64,000 nt of DNA from Mayamaea pseudoterrestris (lineage: Eukaryota). The stretch is taken from the NCBI GenBank assembly GCA_027923505.1, contig BROI01000003.1:496001-560000 (forward strand), given 5' to 3'. Positions 1-12,900 of this stretch are shown here, piece by piece. Position 1 is the stretch's first letter; each line of letters starts with the position of its first letter. Position numbers and translations under genes: made by a program. The notes under the pieces were generated by a model that saw only the letters and a list, made by a program, of their open reading frames with translations, was not told the origin of the DNA and searched no databases.

Positions 1-2201
1 GTATGACAAGAGACATTCGCATCGGTCAAAGTCTGGTCGAAAAGGGATGCATTTCGTTTGCCACGCTTGGACGGGCGCGGCGTTGCAAATACCGATGATA
101 CCTTGCTCGAGTCACTCGAGTCATTCGAGTCGGTGCTTCCGTCACAAGTCAATTCAAAGAGCGAATGTGCAGTCGACGTTGTCACGCTGGTGACCAGCAT
201 TTGCGAATCCGCCACTCCTGCATCCGGCAAGATGTTTTCAATTCCTGACATTGCCTCGGTCGCAAGCTTTGGTTGATCCATTGGACCGTGTTCCTTGGTG
301 TATATGTCGTCTGGTGCACTCGTCGCTGTACAGATGGATTCCGGAGCAGTCAGCATGCTGCTGGAGGCATTTTTTAAATCCGTCGCGTTCACCGTCATCG
401 TCAATGATAGGCTTGAATGTTTCGCAGACGGCTGTTCTAATGCCGAACGTTGCTTCTTCTGTCCGACGGGCGATTCATCCTTGGCCTCGGACATGCTTTT
501 TGTAGAAGCAGCCTTTCGATTCAGTTTGGACTTTGTCTTCTGCTTGATGGCATTGAACAAGGCACCAGCGAGACTGTTAGGTCTGTGTTTCGTCTGAACA
601 TCCGTAGGCTTGAGTGGAAGACTCTTTTTGCGGCTGCCGTAATACTCATCCATTTTGCGAGGCTTGATGAGCTCCTTGACGCGGGCTAATTGCATATCCA
701 AGTCAACAGAAGGATGAGCATTCTCGTCCGATGCGTCGACTGACTTAGTGACAAATGGCTTGCCCGCTTGGCTTTCGCTGGAGCCTACGATTTCCGTCAA
801 ATTCGCAGCCGTCTCCATGTTTGCCGTTTGCTCCAAAGTTGTCAATGCCGCCAATTGATCACCCGCATGACGTCGCATGAGAATCGACGTTCCGCGAGCA
901 TTCGCCTTGACTACATCCTCGTCATTGCCGCTATTTGCAGTAGTATCTTCAGCCGACTCGAATGACAAGGTGTGGAAATCAAGCGCGTTCTGCGTCAACG
1001 GCTGGGAAGATGCGGTGGAATCCAAACTTTCGCGACTAGGCTTGGCATCATGGACGATCCCAAAGACCAAATCCAGTCCAACCACAAGCTGCGACGTCGC
1101 TGCATTCATACCAGTCGATGCTGGTGTCGGACAAACCTGTCGCTGACGAGCAATCATGATGCGATAGTCGTACTCGTGCGTAGTTGCGGCAAGCATGCTG
1201 GCAAAGCCAAGAGGAGGTTGCTCGCATGCATCAACAACGGCTGCATCAGATTCTGGACTTGTATCGGCAGTTGAGTTTCGACTCTTGCAAGCAGAGTTGT
1301 TCTTGTCGTTCGCATCATCGTCATCAACAATTTTCGTCAAGGGAACTATGGCAGGAACGACATACTCATCGCTGGAAGCAGCGGCATGCGCCAGTTGATG
1401 CTGCTCGAGTGCGACAAACGACTGCAGCAAAACGTCGTGAGCACAAGGTGCTGCAAGCTCGTCGACAGCCACCAATGCCAATGATCCAACTAGAAACGAG
1501 AAATCATCATCGTCTTTGGCATGCTCGACTCCTTGGAGCTTTAAATCGAGCGCCCGGTGCCACCATGGCGCCAAGACGGAAATGTCAAGGTCCGTCGATG
1601 CATCATTTGTTTTGCCGCGCTCCAACATACCAAGCTTTTGATGGCTAACATGACGCAGCAAGAGTCGAACATTTCGCAAATCTTTGGAACTTTCGCGGAG
1701 CTGTTCGAATGAAGAAAGCGTCAATGGTTTCATGGTCGTTGCATTCGTCCGCTTGCTGGCATCACCAGCTCCTGGCTGCTCCTGCATGAATGATGCAATC
1801 CAAACGCCTTGCGTCATTTCAAAGGGAATCTCCAAGCAGCGTCCTCGACGCGGCAGTGCATCATAGCAATTGTTGTGAAAAACTTGGCGCGCGTAGTCGG
1901 ATAGAGCGGCTCCAGCACTGTTCTCATTGCCATTGACTTCCACCAAGCCTTCCACGATAGCCAAACAAGGTTTGTTGACAAGAAACTTTTGCTCCAGTCG
2001 ACTCGAGAAAAAATTATTGCGATTACTTCCAAAAGTCATGCGAGTACGCTTGCGCGGCCGAGGCGGAAGCATTGCTCGAGTATCTGCTGCATTTGGATTC
2101 GTGTCGGCTGGCGTGGACGAGGCGAACATGGATGAACGCTTGCGACTCGTATCGTCGGCGGCGCCTTCCTTGAAGGCACTCCAGGCGAGGCTATCGCTCA
2201 T
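1..2201 (-). CDS. Hypothetical protein, >730 aa, 3' end runs off the window
   Basis: Manual translation from ATG at 2201 (MSDSLAWSAFKEGAADD...) stays open to position 3. It is absent from the ORF track because there is no stop in the window; the short + strand ORFs here are its antisense shadows. No domain recognised. Confidence 0.75.
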   Translation of the reverse strand, partial: MSDSLAWSAFKEGAADDTSRKRSSMFASSTPADTNPNAADTRAMLPPRPRKRTRMTFGSNRNNFFSSRLEQKFLVNKPCLAIVEGLVEVNGNENSAGAALSDYARQVFHNNCYDALPRRGRCLEIPFEMTQGVWIASFMQEQPGAGDASKRTNATTMKPLTLSSFEQLRESSKDLRNVRLLLRHVSHQKLGMLERGKTNDASTDLDISVLAPWWHRALDLKLQGVEHAKDDDDFSFLVGSLALVAVDELAAPCAHDVLLQSFVALEQHQLAHAAASSDEYVVPAIVPLTKIVDDDDANDKNNSACKSRNSTADTSPESDAAVVDACEQPPLGFASMLAATTHEYDYRIMIARQRQVCPTPASTGMNAATSQLVVGLDLVFGIVHDAKPSRESLDSTASSQPLTQNALDFHTLSFESAEDTTANSGNDEDVVKANARGTSILMRRHAGDQLAALTTLEQTANMETAANLTEIVGSSESQAGKPFVTKSVDASDENAHPSVDLDMQLARVKELIKPRKMDEYYGSRKKSLPLKPTDVQTKHRPNSLAGALFNAIKQKTKSKLNRKAASTKSMSEAKDESPVGQKKQRSALEQPSAKHSSLSLTMTVNATDLKNASSSMLTAPESICTATSAPDDIYTKEHGPMDQPKLATEAMSGIENILPDAGVADSQMLVTSVTTSTAHSLFELTCDGSTDSNDSSDSSKVSSVFATPRPSKRGKRNASLFDQTLTDANVSCH

Positions 2202-2923
2202 TTCGTTGCTAGTATACTGAATAGTAATTCAGAGTATTGAGTGCTGTCAAGGATACAAGTAGAAGAGGCAGCGGCTGCAATCTCATTGTCATTTTTGTGC
2301 CGACGATGCAATGCGGCGCGGCGGCAAACATGAAGCTGCATGTCGCACCATAATTTGTAGTCGTAGCGCGTCCAGTTTGAATGTTCGATTTCTCCAGTCT
2401 TTCTTACCGCGATGCTCTACACTCTCCAAGCTGCTACCGGTGCAGCCATTTCTATCATAGTGCTGGTTGTTAGTATACATAAAGCTTTTATGCATGCATA
2501 GATGGCAGCGGCTGCAGCGGCATCGTCCATGCACAAGCTCCAGTGGCGTTTCTTCGCCATGTTGTAGTCACGTGAGGGCCTAAAAAAGAATTGTGACGCC
2601 AGGGCACCTGTAAACAACCATCAATAGATATGTCCAAATGACCTTTACTGACAATTGATACTATTCTCTTACCATTCTTTCGATAATTATACTTAATAGT
2701 GACGTTTTCGAACATCTTCAGTGTGCCTCTCAAAATGACTGTTGAAGCAGAGAAGTGACGCAAATCATCCGACATGCCTCCCTCCTCCCTCTGACCAACC
2801 GGAATTGTCTGGATCACACGGCAAGACCAACAAACGAGGCCTTAAGGAATTGAATGAATGGTTACTTGAATGTAATATAGTTCGAATAGAGTGCTTTGAA
2901 AACTCTATTGACTGTGAATCATC

Positions 2924-5900
2924 ATGCCGCTCGATCAAACTTTGAAATTACATTCCTTAGTGGCAGCGTCCGGACAAGGTGCACCTCCAGCCCCTTTTGC
3001 TTCTGCGAAGCGATGCAGAGGCAATAGAAAGAGACAAAGGGCAAGGACCACAAGCTCTTGGGTTTGGGGTGCAGCAATCTTGGCGTCTTTTGTGCAGGGA
3101 GTTGTTGCTGCGTCTTCTTCCTTGACTTGCAACAAGACTAGCGAATGTTTGAATCAAGATTTCACTTGCCAAGACTACATTTGCGTTAATCAAAGCAGCA
3201 GTAGCGACAGGAACACTTCTATCATTGAACCAAAGAATCCATTCGCCAAAGGCTGTTTACATTATCACAATGTTTCGGCGCAACAGATACGCGTCTGCAA
3301 CTCTGACGATGACATGGATCATGCAGTTAGCCAAGGAATCTGTCGACCATCTGCCTTTGACTACATGGAGATTCGCATGCTTTCAAACAATTGGGAGTCT
3401 GCCGTATTTGAGACGTGGATACTGCAAATCATTCTGAGTGAACTACTTGATGTACCGACTACAACGGAGACTGCAAAAGCCGACGCCAAGATTAACTTTT
3501 ACGACGCTGAAGCGCGCTTTGAGTTTGGTGCACCAACAGATTTGAATGCGACTAGAACGGCGAATGAAATTAAGGATTGCCGTTTGGCAAACAGGAATGC
3601 GGACCATTATGAACCATGTGCTCATGTCATTACGGAGTTATGGGAAGGTATGTAGAGTAAACTTGAACAGTAGCAAGGGAGCAGCAAGAATTGCATGCAG
3701 CAGAATACTTACTCTGTCCATTCTCGTTCATTGCTTAAAGCTCACGAAGCCTGGCAAATATCAAACGAAGGCTCTGCGGAGATACCGACCGGCCTCGGGG
3801 TACTGGGCGAGGAGGGTTGGTTCGTTCCAAAGTTTACTGGCGAAAAGGATCCCTCCTTGCTTTCCTACTTGGGCATTCAGGGACAAGACAATCGACGCAA
3901 GCTAGCGGAAACATTTAAAAGACCAACGTCATGGGCTGATTATTGTCGCATCGTGTCGAGTGACGGTTGCATGACTCCTAATAATGTCGCCAAGCGACCC
4001 CCTCGAATCGAGGAGCGCCAAATGTACCATTCTCCAGGCGTCTATACTGGTCACTTTCGAGCGACGGAAAAGAACGACTGTGACAAGTGGCCGCTTAATT
4101 GTACAGGGCACTTCGTAGAGTAAGTATATTGCATTGTTGACATGCGAGAGTTAATTTGCAGTCGTCGCTGCAGGCATCGTATCGCTCACATATTCATCTC
4201 AATCTCCTCATCTCTTCCAGCTACCCGTGCGGTTGGTCCAGTTATTCGGAGCAAATTGCTTATCATTTGGACATTGCATTTGAGAGTAACGGTCGACAAC
4301 CTGGATCTGGCGGTTATACGTACGACCAAATGGTTCAAATCTGGCTCGCAGCAAATGAAACCAAGTCGCACGTGGCTATGATGTGGTGGTCACCAGGAAC
4401 GCTCTATCAAAGCTTTGTTCGAACTGACGCTGAATTTACGAGAATCAATTTGCCTCCACCAACACAAGCGTGTGAAAATGCTCGAGTAGAGACAGATGAT
4501 CGATGCTCCGCCAGTCAAGTCACTCGCGTCGGTAATGCGGCCGGAGCCTGCGACGAAACTGTCAAGCCGCTTTACAAGATAGTCACGCGTTCCTTGTTAG
4601 CATCAACCTACGACTCGGGCATTCCTGTGCCGCTAGAAAGCCCCGCGTACGAATCTATAAAGCTGTTTCAGATATCGGGAACGCAGCTCGGTGAAATCAT
4701 GACAATGGCGATCAACAGCGAAAGTCCACGAGAAGGGGTCTGCCGGTGGTTTGTGGAGAATATGGAGTACGCGGCTCACGCGATTCCAGCTACTTATCCA
4801 CGAGTATTGCAAATAGGTGAACAATCGGACGGTTTACGAAAAGCATCCTCCATCTTCTCCGCCACTGCCACAATCCTCTCCGTCTTCAGCCTTGTGACTG
4901 TCATATGCCAGCGGAAACGACGTGTTATGGTGTTTGCGCAAGTGGAGTTTTTGTATCTGATTTTGGCGGGCCTCCTGGCCGTTTCACTGGGCGCAGTTAT
5001 GAGTGCCATTCCCCCGTCGCAAGTAACATGCATCTTAATCATTTGGTTCGTTAATCTTGGCTATTCGCTTCAACTAGTGCCTCTGATTGCAAAAGTTGGA
5101 GCCATCAATCGACTTTTAAACGCAGTAACTTCAATGAAGCGAGTGGTGGTCCGGCGCAAATCACTCTACAGTGCCGTGACCTGCATCAGTTTGCTTGTTT
5201 GCGGATTTCTGCTGGCGTGGACATTAACGGATCCACCTGTCAAGCAAAATGATTATGAACCTACCAATACGACAGTCGGTGGCAAGACGTTGGTGATTGC
5301 CACATCTTATTGCACGTCGGATCGCTCTGCCTGGATGATTGCCTCGCTCGCCTGGATGGCCATACTTCTTGTGTGTGCGACTGTGTTGGCCTTTCAGAAT
5401 CGAAACTTGCGACAGGACTTTAACGAGTCGCAGACGCTAGGATTGATGATCTACTCTCAATTTGTCTTTGTGGTGTTGCGCATCATCATGTACTTTTACT
5501 TGCCAGGTGTTATCAACGAGTCAACTTTGCGTCTGTGGTTTAGCATGTTGTTTTCGACCGATACCATCGCCACCATCATGATCTACTTCGTTCCCAAGTT
5601 TGTAGCGGCTGACGAATCGGTTACGGCAACATCTGCTCCCACTCGGCAGGGTTCGACGCCGTCGGGGACTGGATGGTGGAGCTTTCTTAGTCGCTCACAG
5701 GTCGAACAGCAACAAGACTCAGTTCTCTACAACGACCGGCGAATGCGATCGGAGCTTCCCGAGAGTGAGTTTGTCAGGGACGACGGCTCAAGGGAGCTGG
5801 GTGACGTAATATCGAGTCATGCCAATGAAGATGATGAAGTTAGTGACGGAGATTGCGAGTCCATTTCTAGTGTTGAGAAACAGCTTTCGAACTCGGGTCT

Positions 5901-5997
5901 GCGACAACGCAGAACCTGTGTCCATTGCGGGGAAGATTGCGGGGAAGACCCAGATACTGTCGATAACAGCGAAGATTCGTTCTCACCGCCGTCTTAG
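2924..5997 (+). CDS. Class C (GABA-B/glutamate-receptor-like) 7TM GPCR-like protein, 3 exons
   Basis: Three ORFs join in frame through GT-AG introns 3648-3740 (WE/A-HEAW) and 4120-4220 (FV/D-YPCGW). N-terminal hydrophobic segment, Cys-rich extracellular region, seven hydrophobic helices, and the class C motif DFNES before TM6. Confidence 0.85.
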
Positions 5998-6123
5998 GTA
6001 ACGGCGATCGCATTGTAGAATGATAAACGACGAACGTCTTCGCGCGGACAACCTAATGTATACATACAACTTTTACATGTCATCACCTATTCGATTATAT
6101 CGTCCTCTTCGCTAAATTCTTCA

Positions 6124-6931
6124 TGTTGGAAGTTAGCGTAAGCTCGTTGTTCCACTTCCCGAAACCCTGCATCAACCACTTTCCCATATGCATCAACCGA
6201 ATATACATTTACTCCACCAATATCATTCTCTGGCTCCCACTTTTGCTCCTTGTATTGTCGCGCCCATCGAAGGAGAGTCGGACCGATATGATCGTCAGTT
6301 TCTTGTCCATACAAGTCCATGGCTTCTCGGATAAACATGAGAATACCTAACAGAGACTCCTTATTCAAAGAGTGTCCATCCCTCATGCTGCTTGAGATCC
6401 AAGATGAAGGTCCGTACGGAAGTAGGGAGAAAAGACGGTTTAAACGCTAAAAGACTGGGGAAACTTTGAATCTATTGTTAGTAGATCCTCTAGAATGAGA
6501 CGAAAGTGAAGCGGTCGATTTCGCATCCAAGAGTGGCTTCTCATTCATACGTATGTGTATTGTCTACCGGTCGTGTCATTTTGTACTGGCCATCCCGTAG
6601 GCGGGATGGCTCTCGTCTGTCTACAGAATTGGCAGTATAGTCTTCACTGCTGGTAGTGTTTGCACGGCTTCGCTCTGTAGAGGCCCAACATTCGCTGTGT
6701 ACGCCGGTTCCGGTATTCGATGTACCTGTGGTAGTCTTTCTACGGTTGTCAGTCGTGAATTCTTCGGGTACGGTGAAGTGTGTAGGGTTTGGGCCAGTGG
6801 CTGACTTTCTACTCTCGCCGTCGTAGGAGTGTGGTCGTGAACGGGATGTTCCGTGTCTTGGTGCCGCTGAGACCGTGTCGATGTCCTTTTCAATGTTGCT
6901 TTGTTCGTCGGCCAAAACGGGGATCCCAGCA
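6124..6931 (-). repeat. Putative 3' LTR of Copia family B
   Basis: Starts TGCTGG right after the PPT; candidate end CCAACA at 6124 is an imperfect terminal inverted repeat. No second copy in the window confirms the end; 6078 is an alternative. Confidence 0.45.
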
Positions 6932-9900
6932 CCCTTCCCTTGGAGAGCGATGGCTTCAGGCATTGAATCCATCTTGTAGTACTCATCCTCTCCAACTAGG
7001 ATCCGTGCATGGCGATTGAAGGTAGAAAGGTCCAAGTTCTTGGTGAAGATGTCGGCAGTGTTCTTCTTGGTTTCAATGTACTTGACAAGGAGGATGCCGT
7101 GTTCTTTGAGCTCTCGAGCGAAGTTGTGGCGTACGTCAACATGGCGTGTGCGCCCTCCTGTCTTCCAGCTGTTGATGATGTCGATTGCGCCGCTGTTGTC
7201 CATTTCCAAGACCATTGGCAGTTGGACTTTGAGGCCTATTGACTGAAGAATGGCATGTGTGTGTAGCATGTCTTGTATGACGTCGGTACCTGCGGACATT
7301 TCGGACTCAGTTACTGAAAGGGAGACGTGTTTCTGTAGGCGGCAAACTTCGGCGACGGGAACGCCTTCAAGGAAGGTGATGCCACCGGAATGACTCTTGT
7401 GCTTGTCGGGATCCTTGGCGTAATCTGAATCGCTTCTGGCGCTGATGATAAAGACGTGGTTTGGGCCGGTATACTCGCGGTTTGGGAGGAAAAGTCTGCC
7501 TCTCTTTGGTGTTGCACACATGTAGCGGATGGCTCGGTACATGGCTTTCTCGTGGGCTTCTTCTCCCGTCTTCATGGCTCGGCATAAGTCATTTATGGCG
7601 TAGAGTGTCTCTGGTCGAGACCATCGGGCGAGGTAAAGTAGTTTGCCTAGGCCTTGTCGAAGGGTCGTCTGCTTGTTGTTGCTTAGGGCGGAAGGATCGC
7701 CTTCTTTGACGCATGGTAGCACAGTCCCGGGTTGAGCAGGAACGCATGCCTCTTGGCGTTTCGGCGGAGGGATTGTAAACTCGTCTTGTAAGCTTTGTAG
7801 GAGGACTGGTTGCGTCCATCGCATGTAGTTTTCGCCTCGTTCAATCTTGCAACCGATGTACTCGTCCATTGGTCCGCCGTCTTCGCCGTCAAAGTGCTGT
7901 AGAAGTTGTTTCTTAGTGTCTTCAATCATGTCCGGAGGGCCGCTTAACAGGAGATCGTCGATGTGTGAGACGATGTGCATGTGGCGGTCGCCATCTTGTT
8001 TGTAAAACAGGCAAGGGTCGGCAACGCTCCGTTCAAATCCTATTTGTCGAAGTGCTTTGACCAGTTGGTCCCAGAACGCTCGCGCAGCTTGTTTAGTTCC
8101 GTATAGCGTGCGCTTGAGTAGCCAAACGTGATTGGGTGGATAGTCGTCTTGGAAACCTTCAGGTATGTGCATGTAACACTCGTGGCCTTCGTCAAACGTG
8201 CCGTAGAGGAATGCTCCGCTTATATCGAAGATGTGTGGCTCGTATCCCATCATGATGGCAAGAGTTGTGACAATCTTGATGGACGTTGGCGATGCTACTG
8301 GAGATGAGATCTTGTTGCTGTCGTAATGGATTCCGTCTTCTTGTTCGTAGCCTCTTGCTGTGATCCGTGCTTTGTATGTGCCGTTTGACTTCTTCTTGAG
8401 CACCCACTTGCTTGTCATGCACTTTGTTCGAGGTGGTATCATGCTGCGTGAAACGACTTGGAATGTGCCGTGCTTGATGAGGTTGTCCTTCTCCTTGTGA
8501 ATTGCCTTGATCCATTCGGGACGCTCTGGACTGCCCATGGCTTGCTTGAACTTGATCGTATGCAACTCTTCTGTGTTGATGAATCCGCCTCCAATGCCTG
8601 CTCCAACGCACGCAAACTCTCCGAGTGTGGGAATGGGAGACGCGTCGTAAAAGATGCTTGCACTAGACGGCACGCTGGGCATGTCGCGGAAGAAGTATTC
8701 AAAGGTGGAATTCGTGGGCTCGTTCGGTGGTTCGCTTGTCTCGTCGAGGTTTAAATGGATTTCTGCAGGGATCAAGTCGGCGCTATGGAAGCTTTGTTGA
8801 TCTTCATGGTCGTTTTCTTGTTGGTATGGCGAATCATGGACGGATGTATGTGTGTCGTCGAGAATCGTTGAAGAGGGAACGTGTAGGAGGTCGGCCATGA
8901 TGGCAAGTTGTTCTGGCGGTAGATCGATTTGCTGGTTTGTCGACTCGTCGCTTTCGTCTTGTGTCTCGGTGACTAGTATAGATGTTTTATCTTCATGGTC
9001 ATCTGGGTTGAAACCCTTCCCGAGTTGAAGAGTCGGGCTGCAAACGTTGGAGACTCGAGTCGTGATCACTGTTTCGATAGACGCTTGAGGTGCGGCTGGT
9101 TGAGGTGCAGGACGTCCATTTGCTCGGGTGAGCTCTTCTTCATATTCATCGTCGTCTGCATTAATGTCCCACAGCTCGATTGCTTGACTGTCTCCTGCAC
9201 TGCTATGGTCGTCGGCTCTTGGGACTAAGTCGGGTATGGAATCATTTAATGATACGGAGTCGTCGTCGCGCTCGTGTGATGGCTCGTAGGCAGCTTCGTA
9301 ACGTTGATCTTGTGTAGGCAAACAGAAACTGTCTTCGTTGCCCCATAGTTCAGGAGCTTCGCTGTCACCTGCGCTGCTGTAGTCGTCATTTCGAGGTACC
9401 AGAGGAGGTATGGACCCGTTCGATGAGACTGATTCTTCGTCTTGCTGGTCGTCATATGGTCGGCGGTGGAATTCTTGCTCGTCAGACTCGCAGTACTTGT
9501 CATATTCTGATTCAGCTGATCGGTCACTGTCATAGCCGTTGTCGCATGCGTTGTATAGTGTTGTGCGATTGCCGAATCGTTCGTCGAGTGCGGCCAGTAT
9601 GGCGGCGAATGTTGCAGGGTTGGTCGGATCGAATCGAGTTGGTGTTCTTGTTTCTCGTGTAGTGCGACGCAGGCCACCAGGATTTGATCGTGTGGAGCGT
9701 GTAGATGATCTTGAGCTTTGCGATCCTCGTGAGTGATTTGATGAGAATCGAGCGATGTGTCTTTGAATTGCGTTTGCTTGGCGATCGGCGATTGTAGTAT
9801 GCGCTCTTGGAGATTGAGGCGTATTGAGAATGTCTGTTCCTTCTTCTTGCGCGCTTGTTGGTGCATTCGCATTTGGGTGGTATATTGTAAGTGCAGTTGG

Positions 9901-12900
9901 ATTGAAGGTGTCGGGCGCTGATTGGATTGAGTTTGTTGGTGAGGCTTCCGATGCTTCTGGAGTGTCATGGTCAGTCAGATCAATCAGCGAGGTAGATCGT
10001 GTCAAGATGCGCTTTGTATGGAACGTTGGTTTCTTCTTGTTCTTGTCGTCTGGAGATTTCGCGGGTGGCGGCGGCAAATTCCCATGGTGATGCGGTGAGA
10101 AAAGACTGCTGTAGTTGCTGCTGCAGGAAATGACGTCAATAAGTGGTGTAGTGACGATTTCGTGACGCGGGGGCTTAGGTTGAAAGTACGGTCGGTGAAG
10201 AAATGTGACGTCCTTGACGTCATGTACGCGATTGGTCTCGGGATTGAAGACGCGATAGCATCTGCTCGGGTGATTTTTGCTGTAGCCGACAAAGATGCCT
10301 TGGAATCCTTTTGGTGCTAGATGAGACTTTAATCCGGATATCACGACAGTGACTGCTTCGCCGTATGGATGTAGATTCTTGATGATGGGCGACTCGGTGC
10401 CGTAGAAGTGTTTGAATCGAGTTGCTAGAGTGCCCTTGTGCTCGACGATAGCAAGATTGTCCATGTCGGTTGAGTATTCGAAGGCAGACGGTGCCAAATG
10501 AAACCGAATTGAAGGTGGAATGTTTTGGGCTGTGAATATGGCGCGCGTGCGGTTGGTAAGCGTCGGGAATCCAATCTCGACAAGACTGTTCTGCTGCGGG
10601 GTGTCTCTTGCAGTCCATTCGATCTCGATTGGCAATTTCCAAGCGGAGCTCTTCATTGACTTGGCTAATGCTTGGTTCTCTCCGGCGTTGTCCATTCGAA
10701 GGTATTTGACTGTAATGCCGCGTTGGATGAGATAGTAGAGCATCTGGCATGTCGGCTCGACGATTTCCCCTTTGGTGCGGTACATGGCGCTATGCTTGTA
10801 ACCTGTCGCTTCGTCGACAATGAGTTGCCATTGTGGTTGAATGGAGGAGAATCCAAGTTCTGATTTGCTCTTCATGACTCTGAATGAAGAAAGGTCCATG
10901 TAGAGTCGCTCGCCTGGCTCTGTGGCTCGGATGCGCGGCGATATTTGAGGGACCGGTTGCTTCTTGGCTTTTCCTATTGCGCAGGCGACGCACTTGTTCT
11001 TGGACGATCCGTGAATTTCCCATCTGAAGTGCTTGGCAATTGCAAGTGTCATTTGAGGGCTCTGATGTCCGCATAGTTCGTGCATTTGTTTGTAGGAGAG
11101 ACGGCGTGTCGGAAGCAAGTTGGCTGCAATCATGGCGAACTCGTTACGAGGCGCTTGAACTAATGGCATTGGAATGACTCGTCTCAAGTACATGCAGTAA
11201 AGATGACCTCGCTTGGTAGGAATCAGCAAGTCGAAGACGATGGAGTGTTGGTTTTCTTTCTCTAGCCAAATCTTCTTGTTGCCGCTGCGGAGGTTCCATC
11301 CTGTCGCTAAACGTTGAGTGATGCTGAACAGATTGAAGGCGCAGTCGGGCGCGTAAGCAACGTTGTTGAGGACTCCTTGGTAGAGAGGATTGCCAAATCG
11401 ATCGCAGGCGTCGACTCGAAGCTTTGCCATGGTTTGAATGTCGGCGACTGTTTGATTTCCCATTGTAATGCCTTCATTTCGTATCTGTCGGGCATCGAAC
11501 AGGCCTTCTGGATGAGGTGTGCAGTCGACGGTTGCTGCAGTGTCGCCGATGAAGATTTCGGGATGCTTCAGTATATCCAAGTTGGTTGGACACGTAATGG
11601 ATTCGTGGATAGTTGCGAGGGCGAATTCGTTGTTGTTGTTGTTTCTTCGAACCGCGTAGGCATTGGCGCTTACGTTGTATCTCAATGCATTGAATGGATT
11701 TGGGCTTTCGTGTTGCAGTTGATTTGAATTGCGAGCTGGAGGCTGGTATCTGCGTGCGCGTTGCTCTGCTGCTTCGCGTGCGTCTCTTGCCTCGCGTTCT
11801 GCAAGGAGGTCTAGTAGTTCCTGTCGTTCTGCTTCTCTCTCGCTTTCTGGAAATTGATCGAGGTAGTTGAAAGTCGTTAAGTCTTTGCTGAATTCCAAGC
11901 CGACGTTGCGGAGGTCTTCTTCTAGGGTGCTGCGGGTTCGCAATGTTCCTTCGAGTGCTCGTCTTTTGACTTCCTTGGCAATTGCATGATCGATGACAAC
12001 TTTTAAACGTTCGTCAAACAGTGCTTCTTCGTCTTCTTCATTGATTTCTTCGAACCAGAAGATGAGATCCTTGAGGAAACGCCTTTGGCTGAAACGTTCT
12101 AGCATGCACAGTCGTGCGGCGCTTGCAGGGTTTGTTTCGATGTCTTGCTCATCCTTCTTTATTTGCTCAATGGTGGTTTCGTAGCGCGCTCGAGAAACGA
12201 CATGTTCAGGCGCTTGATTGCGGTGCTCCCATGCTTGAAGAAAAGCTTGATAGCCTTCGTATGTGAAGGAGTCTGATCCGTAACTTTGACTGCTTGGGTA
12301 TGCATCTGAATCGTAAGTTGCGTCGTCTGAATTGGTTTCTTCGTCGCCAGGATTGCTCATGATGATTTCGACTCGCTCTGTATCCCAGACTCGAAGACCA
12401 GTGTATTGGTAGTAGCGGTCTCGCGTTGAGTCAATTGCTTCTTGATGCGTAAAGGCGTGTGGCATGGCTATGTGCTCGAGAAAGAATTCTTGTAGATCTG
12501 CAAACATCACTTTTACGGCGTCTGACAGCTCATATAGTGGTGGATTGATGAACAGGACGCTTTGCAAGACGTGGAATGGCGGTAGATCACTCGAGTTGGC
12601 TTGTGGCGGAATGTTGTTTGAAATTCTCGGGGCAAAGGTTGGATACAAGTGCTCGACTTCTTTTAGCTCGTCTGCTGTGAGAAAGTCTTTGGGTAGCCAG
12701 TCTCCTCGCCATTGCGCAAAGCTTGTCGCTACCAGCTCTTCTACACTTTCTTCTTCTTTTAATTCGATTGAAGGACTTGTTGTTGGAGTTGAATCTTTGT
12801 CGGTGCTGCTAGTAGTGACGTTGTCGGTGCGCTCATGTGTGTCGCATTCGTTGGCGTTTGTGGCTGTTGATTCGAGATTGGTGGCTTCAGTTGTGTCGCT

